Source: Lama glama (lineage: Eukaryota). From it: a DNA stretch of 64,000 nucleotides. Where the stretch lies: the NCBI GenBank assembly GCA_028534125.1, contig CM052816.1, forward strand, positions 51,958,001-52,022,000, in the 5' to 3' direction. Below are positions 26,975 to 38,748 of this stretch, piece by piece; the stretch's first letter is position 1, and every line of letters starts with the position of its first letter. Made by a program: the position numbers and the translations under genes. Under the pieces are notes generated by a model, which was not told where the DNA came from, searched no databases, and saw only the letters and a program-made list of their open reading frames with translations.

Positions 26975-27645
26975 ACAGCAATGGAAACAGGTGTTGGTGG
27001 GGCTGTGGAGAAATTGGAACCCTCATACGATGCTCGTGGAAGTGTAAAGTGGCACAGCCATGGGGAAGACAGTCTGGCAGTTCCTCTAAAATCTTAGAGT
27101 TACCATATGATTCAATAATTCTACTCCTGGGTACATACTCAAGAGAATTGAAAACATATGCCCACACAAAAACTTGAACACAAATATTCATACCAGCATT
27201 GTTTCTAACAGCAAAAAGTAGAAACGAGCCAAATGTCTATCAGCTGATGAATGGATAAATAGAATGTGGTACATCCATACAATGGAATAGCATTTATCCA
27301 TTAAAAGGAATGGAAGACTGATTATGCTACAATATGGATGAAACTTGGTAACATTACACAAAGTGAAAGAAGACAGACACATGAGGCTTACATGAGTCCA
27401 TTTATATGAAATGTCCAGAATGGGCAAATCCAGAGACAGCAAGTAGATTAGCAGTTGATGAGGGCTGAGGGAATCGGGGAAAAGGGAGTAACTGCTAATG
27501 GACATGGGCATGGACATTCTTTCTTAGATGTTGAAAATGTTCTAGAATTAGATTGTATAGCTATGTGAATATACCAAGAACCACTAAATTGTACACTTTA
27601 AAATGGTGGATTTTATAGTATGTGAATTATATCTCAATTTTTTAA
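26975..27645 (+). mobile_element. LINE-1 3' end (L1MB-like)
   Basis: gagaaattggaaccctcatac...aatgtctatcagctgatgaatggataaa...gtatgtgaattatatctcaat. Confidence 0.85.
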
Positions 27646-28089
27646 ATAATAATGTTCTTAAAGAGCAATAGAACAACCTCCCCCCAAAAGCAATAATTTC
27701 ACTGCATTATAATTCAGAAACTCTTCATGTCAAAAAATGCCACAGATGTTAGTACAAGACAAAAAAAAGACATGGGGGAATTTACAACAAATACAAAAGA
27801 CAGATAATATCTTTGTCATACAAAGAGCTCATACACAAATTGATAAGAAAAACAGCAACAGGAAAAACGGGGAAACAAACACGAAATAAAAATTCATATA
27901 GGAAACAGAGACTAACAATAACAACAGAAAAAATTGTCAATCTCACCAATAATCAAAGAAATGCTCATTACACCAAGATACCATTTTCCACTCATCAATA
28001 TAATGATTTTTAAACAATAATTCCAGCTTTCTCATGCCTTCATGGAGTAAAGCTGGACACACAATTCTGAAAAGCAATTTGGCACTAAG

Positions 28090-30000
28090 CCAGGAGCAGG
28101 GGATAAGAGACAAGCAGGACATGTCGATGCTGAAGGAATTCAGGCTGACAGAGAGAGTCAGGCAAGCAAATCAATGCAACAATCCCATAGGTGCTTTGAG
28201 AGAAATAAGGGGTTACAGAGGGGACTCACAGAAGGGAATGGTCAGCCCTTCCTAGACGGGGAGGAAGAGGATCCGGGAAGATGTGCAGACGTCTGAGAGC
28301 TGAGTCCTGAAAGACGAGTTGGAGTTACTTAGGCTTAAGGGACATCCCCGCACATTAGAATTCCTGTCTGTGGTGCTACAGCTGGCGCCCAGGGCACAAG
28401 GGGAGGGAGTGGCAGGAGAGGATCACAAAGCTCAGCTCAGGAGGGTCCCGTCCTTGCTCGGACTGGCTCACTGCACCCCCGAACTCAGTGGGGAGGTAGT
28501 AAATATCAGCTGAAGGAACAAATAATTTTTTTCTTAAAAGCAACATGAGAGACCATTATACTGTTCTCTCTACCCTGTTTAAATTTTTCTACAATAAGAA
28601 GAAAATTGAATTTAATAACTAAAATAACTAAACGTAACCCTGGAGTTCTTCCAGCAGACCAGATGTTTTCTTCAGAAAGGGCATTCTGGTAATCGTGTGG
28701 AGGATAGATTAGAAGAAGGAAAATTTGGAAGAGAGACAGGTGATGCACCTGAGCAATAAGTAGCCCAGGCAACCGCCGTCGACGTGGAGAGCCCTGGAGA
28801 CCAGATGTTCCAGGGGTCAAATCCACAAGTGCAGCTGATTGGATGTGAACAGTGAGGAGGGTGCAAGGTGACATCCCGCTGTCTTGAGTGAGCAACTGTT
28901 CCTTAGGAAGGAAGAAGGGGGCAAGAAGCCAGTTTGAGACAAATTAGTTTGGTTTTGGACTTACTGAGTATCAGGTAACTCTGAGCACACAGGAGAGTGC
29001 ACAGGCCTGACCTGCATTTGAACTCCAGCTCTGCCATCACTAGATCGGTGGCCCTCAGGAGGTTATTTCATCCCTCTAAGACCTCAGACTCAGCGGGGAG
29101 AGCACCACCTACTTCACGAGTTATTGTGACCATTACATGAAAAGAGTACATGGTGCACACAGCACAGTAGCCAGCCGAAGAAGGGACGCTCCACCCAAGC
29201 GGTGGAAGCCTGGGGAGTGGACGCCAGGTAAGGAGAGAAGAAGGGCCTGCAGAGCAGTGACATATAAAGGAAAAGGACAGAACATGAGGGGCAGTGAAAG
29301 GGGATGAGAAAAATGATCAAAGGAGTAGAAGAAGAATCAGGAGTGAGTGGTGTCATAGAAGTAAGAGAGAATTTCAAGAAAAGATTTTGGTCATAGAGAC
29401 CCAAATGCAATGATGTCAAAAAAATATATCACAAAACTCCCCAAATCATTATAAAAGGAAAGTTGAGAATTATGTGAGTAGTAAATAAAGAGTATGTAAC
29501 CATATAATCTATCTATCTATCTATCTACACATATGCAAATACGTAGGAAAACTAAACAGATTGTTACTAGTAAATACCTTTAGGCTGTAAGTGAGCTTGG
29601 GGAATGTCAGGGGAGGGAGGGAGGATATGAATGGAAAATAACTTTCACTCTCCACCTTTTTGCACTGTTTGGATTTTCTTTTTTAGACGTGTATTTATAT
29701 GTATTACTTGAGTCATTCAAAAATAAGTATTAAATATAAATGGAAAGTTGAGGTTATATAAGGAAAGAAAAGCTTGGAAAGTCCTTGCTGACTCAGGTGA
29801 CAGCTGCTTCAACAGGGTAGAGACAGAAACGTATCGCCAAGGGCTGAGAAGGGAGCAGGGGCTGGGACTAGATGGAGAACCACAAAACCATTTCTCCCCG
29901 TAGTCTGGCAGCTAGAGGAGGGTGCAGGACCATGAGGGGCTTTTCTGGTTTATTTGAAGAAGGGAGAGACTAAAGGAGCATCAAAGAACACAAGGAAAAA
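28090..30000 (-). mobile_element. Fragmented LINE-2 tract with nested MIR (~29000-29170) and L1M piece (~29420-29740)
   Basis: gagctgagtcctgaaagacgagttggagtt; agtttggttttggacttactgag; gtggtgtcatagaagtaagagagaa. Confidence 0.5.
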
Positions 30001-30339
30001 GTCAAGGTGAGTGCGATGGGGGAGAAAGGAGGCTCAGGTAAACAGATTAGAACCGTAAAAGAGAAACAGAGTAACTTAGGGAGCAAGAAAATCAGGGAAG
30101 AGGCTCATGGTAGAGATCTTCCTTGCACCAGAGATGGTCCTGGGGGGCCCCTCCTGCAGGGGAGCCCATGTGCATATGAGGATGTGAACCATCTGCTCCG
30201 TGAGGGAAGACACAGGTCGCACTGCACTGTAAGCCCGATGCTGAAGGAGGGAGCCAGGTATTTGAAGCAAAAACACTGTGAGGACCAGGAAAGATAACCG
30301 ACAGGTAAAAGTATTAACAAAGGGCTGAAAATAAGAATG

Positions 30340-30417
30340 TTCAAACAAGGACCTACTGTATAGCACAGGGAACTATATTCATTGTCTTGAAATAACATAT
30401 AATGGAAAAGAATCTGA

Positions 30418-30450
<33 letters not shown>

Positions 30451-30528
30451 AAAAAATGTATAACTGAATCACTTTGCTGTACACCCAAAACTTAACACTG
30501 TAGATCAGCTACACTTCCATTAAAAAAA
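30340..30528 (+). mobile_element. L1 3' tip containing (TA)n(CA)n
   Basis: aaacaaggacctactgtatagcacagggaactatattc...taactgaatcactttgctgtacacc. Confidence 0.85.
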
Positions 30529-33500
30529 ATTTTTGTTTAAAGACAGTTCAAGCCTAACTTTCCCCTATAGAGAGCAAGTTCTACCATCAACCAAGCCAGT
30601 CTTTCACAGTCCACAAACATAGCACCCCTTTTCTTTTGTATTGCACTGTTCAAACTCTAAGGGAAAAAATGCTGAAGTCTCTTTCATCGTGGCAAATCTG
30701 GAGGCAAAAGCCTGACAGACGTTCTTAGTAAAGAAATACAGGATCTCAAACAAACTTTTTAACAGGGATAGTCTTACTGCTACAAGAAGAATACACAACA
30801 TGGCCTTGGGATTGCTTTGCGCTATAGCATCACTGCTCATTTCTGATTTTCTAGCCCTGTGGTTTTGCTGGGATACATAAAGCATTTTCAGCTTTTCTAT
30901 GTAATCTCTCTTCTGATTTGTGAGGGATTGCTCCTTGCACATTCTACCACGTGCTGATTTTATGGGGATGATATGATACACACAGTGGCCTTTAGTGTCG
31001 GACAGATTTTGTATTGCACACTTTGCTCTAAATTAAGCCTCTATCCAAGTAAAGAGAATGAGGTTACAAGCATTTGTGTTTGGTGTAGTTACCATGGGGA
31101 TGTGCATGTGTGTGCATGCGCGTGCGCGCTGGGGGAAGTGGGGAAGAGACTGGGAAGGAAAGAGAGGGAGAGAGAGACTATGAACAGCAGGCTGCCCCTG
31201 GCACATGTAATCAAAAAGACTACAGATAAAAGCAGACCCAAAAGGCTGGATTAGAGCTTTCTTTAGTGAACAAGAAGACAGGCCTAATTGAAAAATCTTA
31301 TCTAGAGGATTAAATCTCTCCACTCATCAAGTTCAAAACTGGCAGGGTGAAGGAAAAGGGCTATGTCAAGCCGAACTAAAGCCGACGTGAGCTTTATGGG
31401 ATGGGACCATACGCCCAATTCCTTGTTCTCTTGCAAATACCCTCCCTGTTGAGGAAAACCTAAGAGCCACCTGCCACAGGCACACACCAAAGGAGGGAAA
31501 GAGCATTGAGGTAGGGTGTTGAGTTTCGCTTGGAGAAATTGGAAAGCTGGCAGTAGGACCGTCTCAAACACTGAAAGTATAAGCCAGAGCTGTGCAGGGT
31601 GACAAAAAGCCACACTCTCCTTGGTGTGGACAGTGGGCGTAACATTCTCCACGCAGCCCTGACCCTCATTCTCTCACACCTTATATACCAAGGCGCAGGG
31701 AGAGCCACCAGTGTGCGTGGCTCCCCACTGCCCCTTCCAGGACATCACACTCTCCAACTTCCTGCAGAAGCCCTTCCTGCCAGTGCTCGTCATCTCTATC
31801 CCACAACCCTGCTCTCACTCATCATCTCTCCTCCCAGGGAGTGACACCATTCAAGCTGGGGACCTGAGAGATGTGTGAGATGCCACCCTGTTCTAATACT
31901 GCCCACATCCAGGTGGTCACAAGTTCCTTTGAAGTCTACTCCCTCCTACTCTGGGACACCCTCCACCTACTTCTCTTCCCAACTGTCACAGACCAGGTTT
32001 TTCAGGTCCTGTGCTCAGGCCAGAATGGGAAGAGCCTTGGTACCTCGTACATCTGGCTCCTCTTCCAGGCCATGACTACCTTCTGATTGTCAAGGCTCCC
32101 CAAGACTCCCCTTGACTCCAGCAGATGAAACGTGGAAAACACTGATGTGGACGTCTTTTCAGCCAGTGAGCCTGAAAGACCAACTGGATCAGTGTTTTTG
32201 ACTGTCCTAACGTCTACAATTACGTCAACCATGGTGGACAGATATGGACGAGAACAAAGAAACATTAGGTTATTGGAAATGTCCAAGGTTCCATACTCAA
32301 CTCCCAAACCATTTATAGAACAGCACAGACTTCATTACTACTAAAATACTCTGGCCTTACCTCATCCAGACAAAAACAAGACTGAGCCTTGCTAGCAGCT
32401 TCCCATGAACTGGTGCCAGTAATATGTGATGAAGTGATATTTTAAATGTGCCAGTTTTGAGAAATGTAGTTTCGAACAATTTCAAGCAAAACAGTAAAAC
32501 AAGCTTCTTGGGCCAGGTCAAAGCTTCAAAATGAGAATGTTAATTTCCACAAAGATGTCTTTTCTCAGGAAGATAACATGCAACTTGACATGCCAGAAAA
32601 TGACCTAAAGATCCTCTGAAGGCAAATTGGGGCAAGTAGATTTAGCTCTGAGGTACAAAAGCCAGCCTCAAGGATGTGATTTTCATGCACCAAAGATAGA
32701 ACATCCAGGCCAGTACCGAGAAACATTTCAGGAAAAGAGCAATGATCAAGAGAAGGATTCTGCGCAGTCCCTGTTTCTATGTAGTATCTGCAGAAGGATC
32801 TGTAGCTCAGAAAAGAACTAGTCTCAGGCTAAAATAGTCATCAGTTAATCCAAAGCTCAGACTTAAAAAGAGGGATGAATAATACCACAATTATTGAACA
32901 CTGTCCATTAAAAAGGCAGCAGGACCAAATTAATGCCATCAGACCGTCCTCTAAAGGCAGTGTTTAGTCAACCAACCAGCTGTTTAACTAGCACAAGGCC
33001 ACACAAAAGTGGCTGACAAATCCTATCTCTGAATCAGCTTCATTCACCTTCTGGCTTTGCTCACGTCTAAACAAAGTCAGGATGAATTTCACAGACCCAA
33101 GTTTACACCCAAAACTCAACTTAATGAAACTTCAATAAAAAGTTATTATCTTCCCTGATTTAGAAAATAAAAGTTTAAGAAGCATCTCAATGCAAAAAGT
33201 CAAAGATGAGAACTCAGGTATAAAGCAGTCAAATTAAAAGGAAATCATCAAAGAACCCAGTCCTGGACCTTAAGTCAAAGTAAAAGCAAATCTAATGGAC
33301 CAAAAGTCAGGACATCAGGAAAAAAGATCAATTATTAACCACATATTCAAAGCCAAAAGAGAAGAGAATTTTCACCATTCGATTACCTAAGCCACTAAAG
33401 TGATTTCTAAAATCTATCGTTTTAGAATCTATGTCAATGGTTTCCTGACAAGATCATGCAAGCCTTGGATTGAACATATGTCAATCAATACCAAACAGTT

Positions 33501-34169
33501 ACTGACCTACTTCCATAAATATGACAAAATTTTCATGGTATACAAAAACACCTCTTACTTGAAATTTTACCACTTTTAAAGTAATTCATACTCTATTTGG
33601 TTCACTACAATATTTGCTTGGCAACTACAAAGGCATTTAGGCTACTAGTGATGTCTGGCTCTTCTGAAAGGAAAAAGATGAGCAATTACACGTTTTAAAT
33701 TATTTACTTCATTTTAACTCCCAGGTAGAAAGGAACAGAAATAGTCACAAAGATGGTGTCTGGAAATGACCCAAGGGCTCTACCTTGCCAACTTGATATT
33801 TCTGTCTCCTTTGAAGACCTGATCTTCCACCACAGTGAGTCAGTCTGCATTAGTCCTAAGTCTGGAGCAACACCCTCAAGTAGAGACACCGAGAGCGAAG
33901 ATAGCCGAACAATGTGCCTGGATCACGATGTTGGCAAGCTGCCCTCGGAGGCCCCCTTCAGAGCAGTATTTGGTCACCGACACTGTGCATCTCAGAGAAA
34001 CATTTTGGAGGGGTGGAAAGAAAAGGAACTGAAATTTTTCGCAAATAAACTACTCTCAGCTCTGACTTCACATTAATCCATTTTCATCTTTGAATTAGAG
34101 GAAGAGAAAAAGTAATAGAAGAGGGAAAGACTAAAGAAAAAAAAGAGACAGTGATGAAGAGAAGCACAA

Positions 34170-34400
34170 GAGACACTGGTTGAAGGTTCCCAAGTCAGGG
34201 AGACCTGGTTTTACATCCCAGCCCGGCCGTTGAACAACTTTGGCCAATCTGCTTAATCGTCATGAACCTCTGTTTTCTCATTTGTAAAATGGAGTTAATA
34301 ATACTCTACTGGGTAGTCAGGAGGAATAAAAAAAGACAAGTATGTAATGCACTTAGCATGCTGCCTGCCAGGGAGCAGGTGATCAATGTAAAGTAGCTGA
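34170..34400 (+). mobile_element. MIR SINE
   Basis: agacctggttttacatcccagc...ctgttttctcatttgtaaaatggagttaataata. Confidence 0.75.
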
Positions 34401-34723
34401 AGAAAGAAGAGCGGAGAAGGGAAAAAAGTCTCCAGGGTTCAAAAACCATCCTAAACTCACTGTTGACAAATATCTTATTCTCTTTATAATCAATCTGAAA
34501 ACATTTCCTGATGATCTACTACAGAATCAGTACTGCGCAGTATTCAGAAATGACTGTGCCCCCATCATCCTCCTCACTCTCAAGGAGCATCAATCCAGCT
34601 CAGGAAACAGAATCCGACATGTGAAGTATGTAAAAAATAACCTGAATTGTCTCAAACTGTTAAACATTCCACATGCGGTACGGCAAGCACTTCAGCCATT
34701 CAGAGAAGGGGGCCAGTGGGCAC

Positions 34724-35223
34724 NNNNNNNNNNNNNNNNNNNNNNNNNNNNNNNNNNNNNNNNNNNNNNNNNNNNNNNNNNNNNNNNNNNNNNNNNNNNN
34801 NNNNNNNNNNNNNNNNNNNNNNNNNNNNNNNNNNNNNNNNNNNNNNNNNNNNNNNNNNNNNNNNNNNNNNNNNNNNNNNNNNNNNNNNNNNNNNNNNNNN
34901 NNNNNNNNNNNNNNNNNNNNNNNNNNNNNNNNNNNNNNNNNNNNNNNNNNNNNNNNNNNNNNNNNNNNNNNNNNNNNNNNNNNNNNNNNNNNNNNNNNNN
35001 NNNNNNNNNNNNNNNNNNNNNNNNNNNNNNNNNNNNNNNNNNNNNNNNNNNNNNNNNNNNNNNNNNNNNNNNNNNNNNNNNNNNNNNNNNNNNNNNNNNN
35101 NNNNNNNNNNNNNNNNNNNNNNNNNNNNNNNNNNNNNNNNNNNNNNNNNNNNNNNNNNNNNNNNNNNNNNNNNNNNNNNNNNNNNNNNNNNNNNNNNNNN
35201 NNNNNNNNNNNNNNNNNNNNNNN
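34724..35223. other. Assembly gap (500 N)
   Basis: Run of exactly 500 N. Confidence 1.
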
Positions 35224-35397
35224 TCCTGGGGCACAAAAAGAATCAGCACCACACAGCTGCTCTGAGACGGAAAACCAAAGACAAAATCCAAGTTCTTTCT
35301 GACGTCCTACCTTCCCACTGCTCCCCCCAAACTTCTGAGTATTCAGTGTGACTGTTACGTACTCATTTTCTTCAAATGAATTAAAAACCTCAGGACA

Positions 35398-35487
35398 AAA
35401 GCTTTTAATCTATAAAAAATATCGAATCACTATGTTGTACACCTGTAACTAATATATTATAAACCAACTATACTTCAGTTAAAAAAA
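35398..35487 (+). mobile_element. Short L1 3' tip with A-tail and TSD
   Basis: gaatcactatgttgtacacctgtaactaatat...ctatacttcagtt-polyA; flanks AAAACCTCAGGAC / AAAACTTCAGGAC. Confidence 0.75.
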
Positions 35488-37650
35488 AAAACTTCAGGAC
35501 CATAGTCCTAGAGATAGATTCCAAAAAATCGTAGCATTTTCAGCACAATTTTACAAACAAGGAAGAAATTGGCTAAGAGACTTCTCATGTTACCTGTGCA
35601 TAAATCATCAGCCAAATGAGGACACGCCTCTGAGATAATCCACCGCCCTTCCTCACGGACAGTCCTGAGCCTCATAAATGACAAGCTGTCTTTAATCCTT
35701 AAACCTCTTGTCTAGCCAGAAGCCTAACTGCTATGAACTAGGGGGAAATGCCACTGAGAATGGGAAAAATTCAGCTTAGCACTATATTCAGTAAAGCTCC
35801 ATTTAAATTTGAGAGGAAAAGAGTCAAAACTCAACCAAATAACAAATCAGTGGCTTAAAGGGCAATCCTATAAGTGACGGCATTTCAAAAGCCGCTGGCT
35901 ACCATCCAAGGGCAGATGCCCAGTCCAGGAAGAGGAAATACTTAATGAATCTGATGTCCCAAGGCTGCAACCAGCACCTCAACAGCAGCCGCTGCTCGGG
36001 AACCCAATTAAAAGCCACCTTTAAAAGCCAGCAAGGTCGTCATATTAGCAGAGTACATCCAAAAGTTAGCCCATGTCTCGGGCCTAACAGTGACGGACAG
36101 TTTTGAGAAGTACAGGTTATGTATCCAGGACTTTGCTTAACAAATTCTGCTCGACCACCAATAATCAAACACCACCTCTCCATGTACCTGCAAATTATTC
36201 AACTTAAGCCACTCATCAAAAAGTTTTCTTTGTGCATTCTGGCCTCATTCTGATATGAGCTCAGTATGCCACGGATCTTCGTGTAGGACCTGAGGCTTCA
36301 GAGGTCCCCTTGGGAACCAAAAGCATCAGCGGTCACCCTCGATGGTACTCTGTGACCTCTGACCTGCCCCACAGCAGGAAACGAGAGGAGAAGTTCCAAA
36401 GTACTGGGTTATCATCAAGTGCAAGGAAGAATTAAAACAGTGATGACCTTGTTTATGTCTTTACATGCAGCATCTACAGTGGCAGTGAGCTTCCCTTCTT
36501 TTTCTCCCTGGATAGTTTCATCTGGTCCCAAATCTATTTCTCCAGGCAGATCCTCTCCCGGTGTGAGCCACATATTTCTCCCATTAGCCAGCACTTCAAT
36601 CATGTCCAAGACTGAATTCATTCATCACCTTCCTTCCCTCCCTCCCACCCCCTAATGCTCATCCTCCTTCTCCTGCCTTCACAACTATTCCTTCTCGCCT
36701 TGTGCTTTCTCTGCCACGTGTGTCTTTATCCAGCAGGTGCCCCAACTAGGAACCCCAAACCCTCAACTTCCTCCTCTTATCAGCCCCACGTTTGGTTTCA
36801 CCACTGCTCCCCCCCGACTCTCTTCTGGCTTTTATCCCTCACTAGATTACTGTTTCAGCTCTGTCACGGATGACAGATATGACAGGTTTGAAATACTTTC
36901 CAGTTGAGGTGGCTTTAATCTCACAGCTCATCTCTCTCCTTCCTTATATCCTGGCTGCTACTATAGCCCAAAGTGGGAGGTTAACAGCCTCTCTGGAAGG
37001 AGGACTGGAAGACCTAGGGGAAGTCTCAGTGAGTTGGGAACACAAGGAGAAAGGTGGATAGGAGTGGCCTAAGTCGACAGAGAAAGCAGAAGGCAGCAGA
37101 GACACATATGGTACAGCTCCTTCCCACTTGGGCCTAAAGTCCCAGGAAGGGTGAGGATTTAAAACAGCAGATGACAAAGCCAAAAACTGAGGAGCCTCTG
37201 TACCACCTTCCCTTTGGAGCCCTAGAGAAGGTCATCTCACAGAATGGCCTCTTCCCCAGCCCTTACCCTCAGGACAACATGAAGTGGTGACCCCATGGGT
37301 AGTGACCGTATCATGTAAATCAGTAAAACTGGTGGCACACCACTTAAGTAAAGAAAGGGTCTATCCAGAGCCTCCCTAGCTTCCAAGTGGGGTGGACATC
37401 CCCAAGACTACCATGGAGGACTGGGGAGGGCAGGGGGCTTACAGACCTCTTGCGGGGGCAGGTATCAAACCCCAGAAAGAGCCATGGTGGTTTTATGTAA
37501 GTAAAATGGGCAACCAGGCCCTGACTGACCTGAGAATGGACTACAAGTCACAGCAGCCACACACTTCAGCAACAGATGCCAAGAGGCAACTGAGGTGAAG
37601 CCAGAATAATGCCAGACCCCAGTGAGCACCAGCAAAGACCGCCCCCCAGC

Positions 37651-37707
<57 letters not shown>
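37651..37707. repeat. (CT)n(CA)n compound microsatellite
   Basis: Direct read. Confidence 0.95.
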
Positions 37708-37709
<2 letters not shown>

Positions 37710-37979
37710 TCTCAAGGATGTGTGAGCCACCCCTTACTGAGTCACCATCTTAGTGAGGCACAGAAAAAAGAATGAATTGCCTTTTACATGACTGGAGCAG
37801 ACTGAATTTACTACTCTCAGCTAAATGCAGGTTCTTTTTTCTCCACTTATTAAGTGAAGAGGGGGTCTAAAGGAGAAAGTCCGGTCAACTTCAGAAAAAT
37901 ATTTTCTTTGCACATCTAAGTATAGTGAGGATAAATCTGCAATTCTGCCTGCAATCTTACCCAACTCCCTCCAGCCCAA

Positions 37980-38748
37980 ACAGTGTGGCCAGAGTTCTTT
38001 CTAAAAGATAAATCTGAGCTTTTGTGTCTGTTTACAAACCCTCGCTGGTATTCTTAAACTTCTAAAGAGCAAATCTTGTACAGGCTGAAAATACCCTTCA
38101 CAAACTGGCCTCTTTCTCCGTTTTTAACCTCATTTCTGCCTCTTTCTTCTGATGTATGCCACGCTCCAGCCAATCAACCCATCACTCCCCCAAGAAGACA
38201 AGCTCTTTCCTCAGCCTCATGCTACTGATAGAGCTGGGTCTTGGGAGTCATCAGACCTGGATGTGAATCCTGACTCCTCCAAGTGTGGTAACTCGAGTTA
38301 GGAGACCTTGGGCAAGTCATGTAACCTTCTGAGACTGAGTCTCCTCATGGGCAAAATGAGGACAATGATATAGACCTTCCAGGATTGAATCAACTGACAT
38401 GCAGTGCCTGGCACCCCAAAGGCACTTCACAAATGTTAATTTCCTTCTCTCTCAATGTCTCTCTATGATTTTCTTCACCTCTAGTCCCTCCTCCACCTGC
38501 AAATTCTTACTGAACTTTCGTGACTCATCAGGAAGCATCAATTCCTCTATGAATCTTTCCCAGGCACCTTCTGGCAAAAAGGAGTCACTCTCTCCTGTGT
38601 TTCAGTAACCCAGTGCACACTGCTCACATAGCTTTAGAGTTGTCCATGCATGTGTCTCTCTCTCTGCAGGACTTGTCCTTTTGTACCCTTGATCCTAGCA
38701 CTGTGCTGGGCACACACATATCCCAACAATGTTTGGTGAATAAATGAT
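37980..38748 (+). mobile_element. LINE-2 3' region with nested MIR (~38225-38445)
   Basis: L2 tail cctagcactgtgctgggcac...gtgaataaatga; MIR core gaccttgggcaagtcatgtaacct. Confidence 0.65.

Noticed and set aside
35242..35665. REST/NRSE half-site-like words (tcagcacc; cacggacag)
   Set aside because: The halves are ~400 bp apart; there is no canonical 21-bp site.
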